A stretch of 64,000 nucleotides of DNA from Paracoccaceae bacterium (GTDB lineage: Bacteria > Pseudomonadota > Alphaproteobacteria > Rhodobacterales > Rhodobacteraceae): positions 3,228 to 67,227 of the forward strand of contig JAGRDO010000060.1 in the NCBI GenBank assembly GCA_020447005.1. The letters are read 5' to 3'. This document shows, one piece after another, positions 1-10,013 of the stretch. The notes under the pieces were generated by a model, which searched no databases, was not told where the DNA came from, and saw nothing but the letters and a program-made list of their open reading frames with translations. Both the position numbers and the translations under genes were made by a program. Within the stretch, counting starts at the first letter, position 1. Each line of letters starts with the position of its first letter.

Positions 1-28
1 GTGCGGCAATCAAAACGTTTCTGTTCAT
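1..28 (-). CDS. 5' end of an unidentified gene running off the left edge (about 9 codons visible)
   Basis: The reverse strand reads GGAGGA-N7-ATG AAC AGA AAC GTT TTG ATT GCC GCA (MNRNVLIAA). That is a Shine-Dalgarno plus an ATG at 28 pointing out of the window, divergent from infC. The product cannot be assigned. Confidence 0.3.
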
Positions 29-199
29 CTCGTAATCCTCCACGATGAGGGAAACTGCATTTTGCGCGGCCGCTATGACAGAAAGTTCGGGCGGTTGAAA
101 GCACAGACCACATTCAGCCCCATTTGCGGCTTGAAACGGCCCATCGCCATGTCTACCTTGCGCGCCACCCGAACCGGCAACAATAGAAGGAGTGCCACC

Positions 200-739
200 A
201 TAGCTCGCAGACCCCACAACGCCCCGCCGCAAAGAGATACCGGCCCGCGCGTCAATGACCGCATCCGCGCCCCCGAGATACGCCTGATCGGCGCCGAGGG
301 CGAAAACGTCGGGGTCGTGACCCCCGCGCGTGCCATGCAGATGGCCGAGGAAGTCGGGCTGGATCTGGTCGAAATATCGCCCAATGCGGTTCCGCCGGTC
401 TGCAAGATCATGGATTTCGGCAAGTTCAAATACGAACAGCAAAAGAAAGAGGCCGAGGCCCGCAAGAAGCAGCATGTCATCGAGATCAAGGAAATCAAGT
501 TCCGCCCCGGAACCGATACCCATGACTACGACGTCAAGATGCGCTCGGTGAAGAAGTTCCTCGAAGAGGGCGACAAGGTGAAGGTCACGCTGCGCTTCCG
601 CGGCCGCGAGATGGCGCACCAGGAACTCGGCCTCGACCTGCTCAAGAGGGTCGCCGCCGATGTCGAGGAAATCGGCAAGATCGAGAACATGCCAAAGCTT
701 GAAGGCCGCCAGATGGTGATGATGATCGGCCCGAAATAA
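200..739 (+). CDS. infC: Translation initiation factor IF-3
   Basis: The translation has IF-3 N- and C-domain sequence: [24 protein letters not shown]... [15 protein letters not shown]... [18 protein letters not shown]... [13 protein letters not shown]. The track ORF opens at TTG 62, but GAAGGAG (186-192) sits 7 nt before an in-frame ATA at 200, giving a 179-aa protein of normal IF-3 size. An atypical start codon is the known IF-3 autoregulatory feature. Confidence 0.9.
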   Translation: MARRPHNAPPQRDTGPRVNDRIRAPEIRLIGAEGENVGVVTPARAMQMAEEVGLDLVEISPNAVPPVCKIMDFGKFKYEQQKKEAEARKKQHVIEIKEIKFRPGTDTHDYDVKMRSVKKFLEEGDKVKVTLRFRGREMAHQELGLDLLKRVAADVEEIGKIENMPKLEGRQMVMMIGPK

Positions 740-763
740 TCCGTCATCGCGATCGTGACGTCA

Positions 764-793
764 GGCCCTCCCGGCGGGAGGGTCTTTTGCTTT
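764..793 (+). terminator. Rho-independent terminator after infC
   Basis: GGCCCTCCC-GGC-GGGAGGGTC hairpin followed by TTTTGCTTT, 25 nt after the infC stop. Confidence 0.6.
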
Positions 794-804
794 AAGGGGA
801 CAGG

Positions 805-1587
805 ATGCTTTCCTATCAGCACATCTATCACGCCGGGAATCTGGCCGATGTGCACAAGCACGCCCTGCTGGCGGCCGCCCTTTCCTATCTGACGCGCAAG
901 GACAAGCCGCTAACCTATATCGAGACCCACGCCGGACGGGCGCTTTATGCGCTGGACAGCGACGAGGCGCGAAAGACCGGCGAGGCCGAGGCCGGGATCG
1001 TCCGGGTCGAGGCGGCTTTTCCGGGCGATCACCCCTATCGGCGCGCGCTTGCATCTATCCGCGCGGAACATGGCGCGAAGGCTTATCCCGGCTCTCCCAT
1101 GATCGCGGCAAGCCTGCTGCGACCCACCGACCGGATGGTGCTTGCCGAGCTTCATCCCCAAGAGTTCGCGGCCCTGAAAGCCAACATGGCCCCTCGCGCC
1201 GCCGAGTGCCGGCAGACTGACGGGCAGCAACTGGCCCTTTCGGCCACCCCGCCCATGCCACGCCGGGGCATGATCCTGATTGACCCGAGCTATGAGGTGA
1301 AAACGGATTACGAGGCGATGCCCGCCCTTGTCGCGAAGCTGCACCGCAGGTGGAATGTCGGGATCGTCGCGCTCTGGTATCCGATCCTCGTATCCGGCCT
1401 TCACCGCCCGATGGCGGCTGCCCTGGCCGGGGCAAACCTGCCGGGCACCCTTCACCATGAGATTTCCTTCGCGCCATCGCGCGAAGGCCATGGCATGATC
1501 GGATCCGGCATGTACATCGTCAACGCCCCCTACGGGCTTGAGGCCGAGGCCCGCCGTCTGGAAGATATCTTCGGGAAGCTTGCCTGA
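805..1587 (+). CDS. rlmJ: 23S rRNA (adenine2030-N6)-methyltransferase RlmJ
   Basis: The N-terminus MLSYQHIYHAGNLADVHKHALL...KDKPLTYIETHAG closely matches the RlmJ/YhiR signature (MLSYRHSFHAGNHADVLKH...DTHAG). The length of 260 aa fits. Confidence 0.85.
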   Translation: MLSYQHIYHAGNLADVHKHALLAAALSYLTRKDKPLTYIETHAGRALYALDSDEARKTGEAEAGIVRVEAAFPGDHPYRRALASIRAEHGAKAYPGSPMIAASLLRPTDRMVLAELHPQEFAALKANMAPRAAECRQTDGQQLALSATPPMPRRGMILIDPSYEVKTDYEAMPALVAKLHRRWNVGIVALWYPILVSGLHRPMAAALAGANLPGTLHHEISFAPSREGHGMIGSGMYIVNAPYGLEAEARRLEDIFGKLA

Positions 1588-1669
1588 CCGGCCGGCACAG
1601 CCCGCGCGATACCGTTGACACCGGGCCGGCGCCATGGCTCGGTCAGCCACATTAAAACGGAGAAACGAC

Positions 1670-2293
1670 ATGTCATTTGATGTCTGGCTTACATTTGTCG
1701 CCGCCTCGACGGTCTTGCTGCTGATCCCCGGTCCGACGGTCCTTCTGGTCCTGAGTTACGCATTGTCGCGCGGGCGCAGTACGGCCGTCACCACCGCCGC
1801 CGGTGTCGCCCTTGGCGATTTCCTTGCGATGAGCGCGTCACTCGCTGGGCTTGGCGCGCTGGTTCTGACATCGGCAACGCTCTTTCACCTGTTGAAATGG
1901 ATCGGCGCTGCCTATCTGGTCTGGCTGGGCATCAAGCTGCTGCGTGAACGTCCCGCCGACGACCTCGCCGCGACACGGGCCATGCGCACGGACCACCTGG
2001 CCATTTTCAGCCATGCGACGGTCGTGACCGCTCTCAATCCGAAATCCATCGCGTTCTTCATTGCTTTCGTTCCGCAATTTCTGAACGCATCCGCACCTCT
2101 TTTGCCGCAATTCGCGGTTCTGATCGCGACATTTGTGACCTTGGCGCTGCTCAATGCGCTGGCCTATGCGCTTTTGGCGTCGGTGATGCGCCAGCGGATG
2201 ACGCGCCCGTCCGTGCGGCTTTGGCTTGGCCGTATCGGCGGCGGTGCCCTTATTGGCATGGGCCTGCTTACCGCGACCCTGCGCCGGGCCTGA
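1670..2293 (+). CDS. LysE/RhtB-family amino-acid exporter
   Basis: About 207-aa polytopic membrane protein. The start WLTFVAASTVLLLIPGPTVLLVLSYAL is typical of the LysE family (IPGP motif). The ATG at 1670 is preceded by GGAGA; the track ORF starts earlier at 1634. Confidence 0.8.
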   Translation: MSFDVWLTFVAASTVLLLIPGPTVLLVLSYALSRGRSTAVTTAAGVALGDFLAMSASLAGLGALVLTSATLFHLLKWIGAAYLVWLGIKLLRERPADDLAATRAMRTDHLAIFSHATVVTALNPKSIAFFIAFVPQFLNASAPLLPQFAVLIATFVTLALLNALAYALLASVMRQRMTRPSVRLWLGRIGGGALIGMGLLTATLRRA

Positions 2294-2506
2294 CACGGGG
2301 AGTTTTCGGGGCCGCCGTTCAGAAACCGTGGATATGGGGCGTTCTGCTTAGGGGCAGAAACGCCTGATATCTGGCCCTGCCCCCCTGCGTGAAGAGCCCA
2401 TGGTGGCCCGCGCTGCGCTGCGAATTGAGACCCTCTGCAACGATCCGCGGTTGACATGCCCACCCGCTGGCAGCTTTGTCCCGGTTGTAGCCTTACAGGA
2501 CAGAAC

Positions 2507-3223
2507 ATGACGTCTTTGGATTTTATCGACCTTTATTGTGAGAGGACGGCCGCCGGTTTCTGGAATGAGCCGGTGAACGCAATCAGCAATCTGGGTTTCG
2601 TGCTTGTCGCGATTGTTGCCTGGCGCGTAGCAAAACGCAGGTGTGATCCTTCGGCGGATCTTCTGGAATTAGTTCTGTTCGTTTTGGCAGCGTTGATTGG
2701 CGTCGGCTCGTTCCTGTTCCATACGCTCGCAAACAGCCGTGCGGAACTGGCGGATGTTATTCCAATCTGGAGTTTCGTCGGGCTTTACGTCTTCACGGTG
2801 ATTTACCGGTCCACGGGCCAAAATATTTTGAAAACCAGCCGCATAGCTGTCATTGCCCTCATCATCACAGGATCTGTTTTCTGGTTCACATCCGGTGAGG
2901 TCATCACAAATCAGCAGGCATCTGATCACAGCGCAGACCGGTTCAACGGGTCTTTGCAATACCTTCCCGCCTTGGTCGCCTTGGCGGGCTTTGGCTTTAT
3001 TGCGGTTTTGCGCCGCCACCCTGCCCGGGTCATGATCGTTGGCGCGGCTGTAACGTTTACGCTTTCATTGGTCATGAGGTCTGTTGATCTTATAGCGTGC
3101 GACGCGACGGGTATCGGGACGCATTTTCTATGGCATCTATTGAATGCCCTCATGGTGGGTATTTTGCTGATTGCCCTTGTCAAGGAATACCCACCGGCCT
3201 CGGCAGGGAAAAGGACGGCCTAA
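2507..3223 (+). CDS. Ceramidase-family (alkaline phytoceramidase-like) integral membrane protein
   Basis: Seven-TM-like protein. Its N-terminus DLYCERTAAGFWNEPVNAISNLGFV resembles the ceramidase-family signature (CE...AEFWNT.SNL). ATG at 2507 with AGGA upstream. Confidence 0.55.
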   Translation: MTSLDFIDLYCERTAAGFWNEPVNAISNLGFVLVAIVAWRVAKRRCDPSADLLELVLFVLAALIGVGSFLFHTLANSRAELADVIPIWSFVGLYVFTVIYRSTGQNILKTSRIAVIALIITGSVFWFTSGEVITNQQASDHSADRFNGSLQYLPALVALAGFGFIAVLRRHPARVMIVGAAVTFTLSLVMRSVDLIACDATGIGTHFLWHLLNALMVGILLIALVKEYPPASAGKRTA

Positions 3224-3311
3224 TGTCCAACTTCACAAGTGCGGACCGAATGACCGCTTCGCACCGCAGCGCTGCCTGCTGGTCGGGACGAAAACCTATG
3301 GCAATGACGTG

Positions 3312-4511
3312 ATGATCCTGACCAGTCGCTTTGCGCTGCTTTACGCGGCGCAGTGCGTGGCGCTCTTGGGAACGGGCCTGCTGACAATCGCACTGGCACT
3401 TCTGGCCTTTGACCTTGCCGGGGCGGAAGGCGGGCTTGTTCTTGGCTTTGCCCTGACGCTGAAGATGATTGCCTATGTCACGCTCGCGCCGCTTGCCAAT
3501 GCCTTTCTGGGCCGCCTGCCCCGACGCGGCCTGCTGATCACGCTTGATCTGATCCGTGCCGCCGTCGCCCTGATCCTGCCTTTCGTGACAGAGATCTGGC
3601 AGATCTATGCGCTTGTCTTCGTGCTGCAGGCCTCGTCCGCGGCATTCACGCCCGCGTTTCAGGCGACGATCCCGGATATTCTGCCGGATGAGGATGCGTA
3701 TACCAAAGCCCTGTCGCTGACGCGGCTGGCGCAGGAGATCGAGAACATCGCCAGCCCGGCGCTTGCGGGGGCGCTGTTGCTGGTGATCCCGTCAACCGGC
3801 CTTTTTGCCGGGACGGCGCTGGGGTTTCTCGGCTCGGCCCTGCTGATCTGGCGCGCCAACCCGCCGCGAGCGGGCGAAGCGCCGGCGGCCACGACATGGC
3901 AACGCATCTTCGCGGGCACGCGGTGCTATCTCGCGGCGCCGGAACTGAGAGGTTTGCTGGCACTGACCATGGCCGCGGCCGCCGGAAGCGCGATGATCAT
4001 CGTCAATACGGCGGTCATTGTCGGCAGCCTGTTCGGACGCGGCAAGACCGAGGTCGCGCTGGCCACCGGAGCCTTCGGGCTGGGTGCCGCGGCGGCGGCA
4101 CTGGTTCTGCCCCGCGCGCTTGCCCTTGTTTCGGACAGAAGACTCATGATCGCCGCCGCCGCCGGCCTTGCCGTGACGCTGATCTTCGGCTCGATCCTGA
4201 TCGCCCTTGCCCCCGCGTTCGCAGACGCCGTCTGGTCAGGCTATCTGCTATGGATGATGGTCACCGGCTTTTGCTACTCGGCGATCCTGACCCCGACGGG
4301 GCGGGTCGTCGTGCGCAATTCCGGCACGGCCGGCAAGCCTGCGCTTTTCGCGGCGCAGTTCGCGCTTTCCCATGCCTGTTGGCTGATCACCTATCCCCTG
4401 GCCGGCTGGCTTGGCAGCTATGCGGGGATGACGACGGCCGCTGTCCTTCTGGGCCTGCTCGCGGCGGCCGCGACGCTGGCTGCGACCCGGCTCTGGACGG
4501 TTCGGGATTAA
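3312..4511 (+). CDS. MFS transporter
   Basis: About 400 aa with roughly 12 hydrophobic segments. It has an MFS-type loop, GRLPRRGLLITLDLIR, after TM2. The start is at ATG 3312 or GTG 3309; the upstream part of the track ORF overlaps the previous gene. Confidence 0.75.
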   Translation: MILTSRFALLYAAQCVALLGTGLLTIALALLAFDLAGAEGGLVLGFALTLKMIAYVTLAPLANAFLGRLPRRGLLITLDLIRAAVALILPFVTEIWQIYALVFVLQASSAAFTPAFQATIPDILPDEDAYTKALSLTRLAQEIENIASPALAGALLLVIPSTGLFAGTALGFLGSALLIWRANPPRAGEAPAATTWQRIFAGTRCYLAAPELRGLLALTMAAAAGSAMIIVNTAVIVGSLFGRGKTEVALATGAFGLGAAAAALVLPRALALVSDRRLMIAAAAGLAVTLIFGSILIALAPAFADAVWSGYLLWMMVTGFCYSAILTPTGRVVVRNSGTAGKPALFAAQFALSHACWLITYPLAGWLGSYAGMTTAAVLLGLLAAAATLAATRLWTVRD

Positions 4512-4574
4512 GCCCGGTGCTTGCGCCCCGGACGCGCTGTGGTACCTCTGATGGCAGAATGAAAGCCGGGAGGC

Positions 4575-5660
4575 ATGATGGCACAGAAGGACGGAGCAGC
4601 AGCCGCGACCGGGCATGAGACCGCAAGCCCCCGCGCGCTGGCGATCCTCACGGTCAGGAACGAAGGCGCGTTCCTGATCGACTGGCTGGCCCATCACCGC
4701 GCCACCGGCTTTACCGATTTTCTGGTCCTGTCGAACGATTGCGATGACGGGACCGATACGATGCTGGACCGGATGGAAGACCTGGGCTGGCTGACCCACC
4801 TGCGCAACCCCGGCCCGCATGAAAAGGGCCCGCAATGGGAGGCTTTGAAGCGCGCCGACGCGCACCCGCTGACGGCGGCCGCGGACTGGGTGCTTTTCAT
4901 CGACATAGACGAGTATGTGAACATACATGCCGGCGACCGGACCGTTGCGGCCCTGCTGTCCGCCCTGCCCGAGGCGACCGCCATCCCGCTGACATGGCGG
5001 GTTTTCGGCAATGCGGGCCTGCGTGACTACGTGGATCGCCCGATCACCGAACAATTCACCTTCGCGGCGCCCGCCGTGATGGGCTGGCCGTGGCGGGCGG
5101 CGATGTTCAAGACGCTTTTTCGCAACAATGGTGCCTATGGTAAACTTGGCGTGCACCGCCCGCGTCAGCCCGATGCGAGGATGATCAAGAAGCAGCGCTG
5201 GTTCGACGGCTCGGGGCGCGAACTGCCGGCCGAATATCACACCGGGCGCATATTCTCGCCCTATGGGCGTGACAACTATCGTCTGGTTCAACTGAACCAT
5301 TACGCCCTTGGCGCCATGGAAAGTTACGTCCTGAAATGCGACCGGGGCCGCGCCAATCGCGATGCCTCGGCCACCGGCCTTTCCTATTGGGTCGAGCGCA
5401 ATCTTTGCACCGACGAGGACCGGTCCATCACGGAAATGGCGCCGCGGTCCGCCCCGTACCGGGACGCGCTTCTTTCCGATGCCCGCCTGCAGTCTTTGCA
5501 CGCCGCGGCGGTTCTGTGGCGCAAGGAAAGATTTGGCGCCCTGATGCAGGTCGAGGAAAACCGCAGCCTTTACGGCCGGCTTCTGATGACGCCGCCAAGC
5601 CGCCCCCTGACGCCTGAAGAGCACCGATTCCTGACCGGGTTTGCGGTGCAAGCAAGATAA
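4575..5660 (+). CDS. Glycosyltransferase, GT2/GT92-like (Glyco_tranf_2_4-type)
   Basis: Motifs: LTVRNEGAFLIDWLAHHRATGFTDFLVLSNDCDDGT, a DxD-like FIDIDEYV, and LTWRVFGNAG. It is a clear paralogue of the N-terminal half of 45162..47009. Confidence 0.7.
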   Translation: MMAQKDGAAAATGHETASPRALAILTVRNEGAFLIDWLAHHRATGFTDFLVLSNDCDDGTDTMLDRMEDLGWLTHLRNPGPHEKGPQWEALKRADAHPLTAAADWVLFIDIDEYVNIHAGDRTVAALLSALPEATAIPLTWRVFGNAGLRDYVDRPITEQFTFAAPAVMGWPWRAAMFKTLFRNNGAYGKLGVHRPRQPDARMIKKQRWFDGSGRELPAEYHTGRIFSPYGRDNYRLVQLNHYALGAMESYVLKCDRGRANRDASATGLSYWVERNLCTDEDRSITEMAPRSAPYRDALLSDARLQSLHAAAVLWRKERFGALMQVEENRSLYGRLLMTPPSRPLTPEEHRFLTGFAVQAR

Positions 5661-5827
5661 ACTTGTCCGTAGGAAACAGATGCCGCACCACCCCGGCATT
5701 AACCGTGGCGGGCGAAACAGTTGTAACCACAATACCTTGTATTTTCGCCCTCGGATCATTGCCCGCTTGCGCTGATGGCGACGCCACGGGCAAAATCGGT
5801 CCGGGAAGTGTATGGGTGCTGATATTC

Positions 5828-6766
5828 ATGACCGAGACTGGTGCGCCAACAGCGGACCCGGGATCCCTGTCGGATGCCGACTGGTTCGCCCGTCTGTCGC
5901 AGATCGGCGAAGCCTCGGGGCATTTCAGATGGCTGGGCCGCGATCATGCGGCATTCTACCTTGATGGCAGCGCCACGCTTCTGGTGACGTTCGAAACCCT
6001 GCACAGCATCCGCGAGACCCAGCCGGGCCAGTTGCCGCTGGGCTATCACGTTGCCAAGGGCCGCAAGTGGTCGCATTTGTGTATCGTGGCCAAATCCGAC
6101 ACCTGGTACCGCGATCCGTCTGTCTATGCCTATTTCGACAGGCTTGTCGACACGGGGGCGTTTGACGACTACGACCAGATCGTCTTTTACGGCGCCGGGA
6201 TGGCGGGCTATGCCGCAGCCGGGTTTTCCGTGGCCGCGCCCGGATCAACCGTGGTCGTCCTGCAACCTCAGGCGACGCTCGATCCGCGCATCGCGGGCTG
6301 GGACCCGCGCTGGCCGGAGATGCGGCGCACGTCGTTCACCGACCGGTATGGCTATGCGCCGGACATGCTTGACGGGGCCGCGCAGGGCTATGTCATATTC
6401 GACCCCGAGCAGAATCTGGATTTCATGCATGCCGCGCTTTTCGCCGGACGGCATGTCCAGCTGTTGCCCTGCAGGAATCTCGGCCGCGATATTGCCGGCG
6501 CGCTTGGCCAGATGCGCGTGTTGCCCTCGATCCTGGCGGCTGCCTGCACCAACAGTTTCGACGATCATCTGTTTCGCATATTCTACCGCGCGCGCCGGAA
6601 CTACCGGCCCTATCTGCGGACCCTACTGAAACGGCTTGAGGAAGATGGCAGGCTTCATCTTGCGGCGATGCTGTGCCGGAACGTCATCTCTCGAATAGAT
6701 GCGCCCGCGTTCAAGACGCGCCTTAACGAGATCGAATCCATCGCGAAAATGACGCGCCACAGGTGA
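5828..6766 (+). CDS. Hypothetical protein, alpha/beta-hydrolase-like fold, paralogue of 47016..47942
   Basis: It aligns by eye with 47016..47942 (IVFYGAGMAGYAAAGFSVAAPGSTVVVLQPQATL versus VVFTGASMGGFAALNFAPIVPGAAVLAFSPQSTM). The start is placed at ATG 5828; the upstream part of the track ORF looks non-coding. Confidence 0.5.
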   Translation: MTETGAPTADPGSLSDADWFARLSQIGEASGHFRWLGRDHAAFYLDGSATLLVTFETLHSIRETQPGQLPLGYHVAKGRKWSHLCIVAKSDTWYRDPSVYAYFDRLVDTGAFDDYDQIVFYGAGMAGYAAAGFSVAAPGSTVVVLQPQATLDPRIAGWDPRWPEMRRTSFTDRYGYAPDMLDGAAQGYVIFDPEQNLDFMHAALFAGRHVQLLPCRNLGRDIAGALGQMRVLPSILAAACTNSFDDHLFRIFYRARRNYRPYLRTLLKRLEEDGRLHLAAMLCRNVISRIDAPAFKTRLNEIESIAKMTRHR

Positions 6767-6798
6767 TCCGGCCCATATCGGCCGGGGTCGCCGGCGGG

Positions 6799-7479
6799 TT
6801 AGTTCCCGGAGGTGGAGAGCGCGACCAGCGCCCTTGCGCGTCTGCCGCCGTCGCCGGATGCCGATTGCCCGGTCGTGACCGCGAACCCGAGATCGGTGAA
6901 CCAGATCAGGTCCAACGCGACCCAGTCGCCTTCCGCGTCGATAAAGCTCGCCTTGACCGGAACCGTCCGAAAACTGCATTCCCCGATCTTGCGCGCCACG
7001 TCGGCGCGCCCGAAGACATAGACCGCGGTTTCAGTCAGTTCTGCTCCATCCGGATATTCCGTGGTGACGGTACCGACCCACGCATCGCCCGGTTTGGGGA
7101 CAGGCAGGTCCGCCGGATCGGTTGAATAGCGATAAGTCAGGCTTTGCCCGGGATCGGCCTTGCCCCCGCGCATGGATGAGGCGGACAGATCGTAAAGCCC
7201 TGCCTTCGCCTCATAGATCATCCCGGGGTCCGGCTGCCCCGCCGCCGTGAACCGAACGGTCACGATATCGTTGTCCGTTGCACGGTATTCGGCCAGACCG
7301 CCGTCCGAAAATTCGGCACGGATACCCTTTGACAGATCTTCCGGCACCGGGCACCCGAACGCCGCAAAGCCGGCGGCTTCCAGCGCCGCCGCTGCGATGG
7401 CGACCCGCGCCAGTTTTCGGGGGGGAAAACCCGCGCGGCCATGATCGGCCGGAAATTTCACGTCACGCGTCAGCGGCAT
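6799..7479 (-). CDS. Hypothetical lipoprotein
   Basis: N-terminal signal with a lipobox-like AAFGC. No recognisable family. It sits 6 nt downstream of the preceding lipoprotein gene, so an operon is likely. Confidence 0.45.
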   Translation of the reverse strand: MPLTRDVKFPADHGRAGFPPRKLARVAIAAAALEAAGFAAFGCPVPEDLSKGIRAEFSDGGLAEYRATDNDIVTVRFTAAGQPDPGMIYEAKAGLYDLSASSMRGGKADPGQSLTYRYSTDPADLPVPKPGDAWVGTVTTEYPDGAELTETAVYVFGRADVARKIGECSFRTVPVKASFIDAEGDWVALDLIWFTDLGFAVTTGQSASGDGGRRARALVALSTSGN

Positions 7480-7485
7480 CCGACA

Positions 7486-7821
7486 TTACCCACAGCGATA
7501 GGCCGTTGCGTGCAACTCATAGACATCCGCCCCCGGCACGACCGTGTCAAACACCATCGCATCGGCACCGGCACTTCGCGCATCAGACCGCATGCGGTTG
7601 CGCGCATATTTCAGGCCCTGACCGGCCAATAGCCCATAAGTCCCCGGCTTCATGCGATAATCTGCAACATAAGCGCAGGAGGTGACTTCGGCGGCCGTCG
7701 CGTCCCGAATGCCCGCGACACCGGTAAAACCCGGGTCGTTGGTGCAGGAGGCAAGGGCCGCCAACAGCAAGACGGCCGACCCGAGGCCAGCAGGTCCGTA
7801 GCTTGCGGTTTCTTTGGCCAT
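7486..7821 (-). CDS. Small lipoprotein
   Basis: Signal peptide plus the classic lipobox LLLAALASC. 111 aa. Family not recognised. Confidence 0.55.
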   Translation of the reverse strand: MAKETASYGPAGLGSAVLLLAALASCTNDPGFTGVAGIRDATAAEVTSCAYVADYRMKPGTYGLLAGQGLKYARNRMRSDARSAGADAMVFDTVVPGADVYELHATAYRCG

Positions 7822-8001
7822 TCATCCTTCTCCCGCTTCTGTGCGACGGTCGCGCCCGAGCTTGCGACGGGCGTGGGCGAATGGCAAGCCTCCTTGGCCG
7901 CGCCACACTGCAGACGGGGCAGTGCCGGCGCCGTCCTGCCAGGACACCGATCCACCCATCGAGCGCTGGAATTTGGTTTCATGTCGGTGTAGGTCGCACC
8001 C

Positions 8002-9045
8002 ATGGTAAGCGAAATCACACTCAGACGCCCTGACGATATGCATCTTCATCTGCGCGATGGCGCGATGATGAGAGCGGTCCTGCCCGAAACCACGCGCCAC
8101 TTCGCCCGCGCCATCGTGATGCCGAATCTGGTGCCTCCGGTGGTGACGTCGCGGGACGCCTCTGCCTATCGCGACCGGATTTTGGCAGAGCTGCCGGCGG
8201 ACGCCGCCTTTGAACCGCTGATGACGCTTTATCTGACCGAGGCAACGGACCCGGCCGATCTGGTGGCGGCCCATGAAAGCGGCCTGATCAAGGCGGTGAA
8301 ACTCTACCCGGCCGGGGCGACGACCAATTCCCAGTCGGGCGTCCGGGATTTTGAAAAGATCCGGGCCGTCCTTGACGCGATGGCCGAGACCGGAGTGCCG
8401 CTTTGCGTTCATGGCGAGGTCACCGACCCGTCCGTCGATATCTTCGACCGCGAGGCCGCGTTCATCGACCGCGTCCTTGACCCGATCCGGCGCGCGACAC
8501 CGGGCCTGCGGGTGGTGATGGAACATGTCACCACCAAGGATGGCGTCGATTATGCGCGAAGCGGCGGTCCCGATCTGGCCGCGACGATCACGACCCATCA
8601 TCTGGTCATCAACCGCAACCACATCCTGGCGGGCGGAATCAGGCCCCATTACTATTGCCTTCCCGTCGCGAAACGTGAAAAGCACCGCCTTGCCCTGCGC
8701 GCGGCGGCGACAAGCGGCGAGGCGCGGTTCTTTCTCGGCACCGATTCAGCGCCCCATCCCGACCATTTGAAAGAGCATGCCTGCGGCTGTGCCGGCTGCT
8801 TCACGGCAACCAACACGATGCCATTGCTCGCCCATATCTTCGAGGAGGAGACTGCGCTGGACCGGCTGGAGGCCTTTGCGTCGATAAACGGCGCGACATT
8901 CTATGGCCTGCCTTTGAACGAGGCCCGGCTGACGCTGAAAAAACGTGACGCCGCAATGGTATGGCCCGAAAAGATCGGCACCGAAGCGGGCCCGGTCACG
9001 GTGTTCGACCCCGGATTTCCGGTTTTCTGGCATGTGAGCGAATGA
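8002..9045 (+). CDS. pyrC: Dihydroorotase (homodimeric type)
   Basis: Motifs: [49 protein letters not shown]. Confidence 0.9.
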   Translation: MVSEITLRRPDDMHLHLRDGAMMRAVLPETTRHFARAIVMPNLVPPVVTSRDASAYRDRILAELPADAAFEPLMTLYLTEATDPADLVAAHESGLIKAVKLYPAGATTNSQSGVRDFEKIRAVLDAMAETGVPLCVHGEVTDPSVDIFDREAAFIDRVLDPIRRATPGLRVVMEHVTTKDGVDYARSGGPDLAATITTHHLVINRNHILAGGIRPHYYCLPVAKREKHRLALRAAATSGEARFFLGTDSAPHPDHLKEHACGCAGCFTATNTMPLLAHIFEEETALDRLEAFASINGATFYGLPLNEARLTLKKRDAAMVWPEKIGTEAGPVTVFDPGFPVFWHVSE

Positions 9046-9148
9046 TGCATCTTCGTGGCCCGAACACTCGGCGCAACAGGCCTGATGCGAGGACGGACGC
9101 CTCCGGCGGAGGTATTTTTGCCACGATGAAAGCACGAAAGGACAAGAC

Positions 9149-9829
9149 ATGATCCCGAGCTCTTTCCCACCGAAAGACGAGATCGCCCGTCTGACCGCGC
9201 GGATGCTTCTGGAGATCAAGGCCGTGCATTTCAACGCGGCCGAGCCGTTCACCCTGGCCTCTGGTCTGCCCTCGCCCACCTATATCGACTGCCGGAAACT
9301 GATTTCCTACCCGCGCATTCGCGCGACGCTGATGGACTTTCTGGCGGTCACGGTGATGCGCGACGCGGGGTTCGAGGCGTTCGACAATATCGCGGGCGGG
9401 GAGACGGCCGGTATTCCCTTCGCCGCGATGGTGGCCGAGCGTCTTTCCCTGCCGATGACCTATGTGCGCAAGAAGCCGAAGGGCTATGGGCGAAACGCGC
9501 GGATCGAAGGCGTCATGACCGAGGGGCAACGCGTGCTTCTTGTCGAGGATCTGACCACCGATGGCGGATCGAAGCTGAGTTTCGTCGACGCCATCCGCGA
9601 AACCGGCGCAAGCTGCGCCCATACGGCGGTGATCTTCTATTACGGGATTTTCCCGGAAACCGTCGAAACACTGGGCAAGCATGGCGTGACGCTGCATCAC
9701 CTTTGCACCTGGTGGGATGTTCTGGCGGAAGCGCGCGAATCACGGGTCTTCGATGCTGCCACCTTGTCGGAGGTCGAGGCGTTTCTGACCGCGCCGAGGG
9801 CATGGCAAGCGGCGCGCGCCAAGGCCTGA
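9149..9829 (+). CDS. pyrE: Orotate phosphoribosyltransferase
   Basis: Motifs: [27 protein letters not shown], and the PRPP loop [13 protein letters not shown]. Confidence 0.9.
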   Translation: MIPSSFPPKDEIARLTARMLLEIKAVHFNAAEPFTLASGLPSPTYIDCRKLISYPRIRATLMDFLAVTVMRDAGFEAFDNIAGGETAGIPFAAMVAERLSLPMTYVRKKPKGYGRNARIEGVMTEGQRVLLVEDLTTDGGSKLSFVDAIRETGASCAHTAVIFYYGIFPETVETLGKHGVTLHHLCTWWDVLAEARESRVFDAATLSEVEAFLTAPRAWQAARAKA

Positions 9830-10013
9830 CCTTACGTAAGCCGGATTCCCGGCCGATACCGCCTGCCGAAGGACCTCAGGATATTGACATTCTGTCAGGC
9901 CCGGACGCAACATCTGCGAGTAGCGCATTGTCCACAGGCCATCCACAGCGATATACAATTTGCGCTGCAGCGTGCCATCACGCATATCCCTTGGCCAAAG
10001 ACGGGGGACAAGA

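Noticed and set aside
62-199. An N-terminal 46-codon extension of infC from TTG 62.
   Set aside because: It is non-conserved and Arg-rich. It lacks an SD, and it would make IF-3 abnormally long. The SD-plus-ATA at 200 fits better.
4248-5759. A 503-aa minus-strand ORF overlapping the MFS 3' end and the whole GT gene.
   Set aside because: It is antisense to a GT that has a clear paralogue at 45162. The translation is R/G/P-rich low complexity. It is a high-GC artefact.
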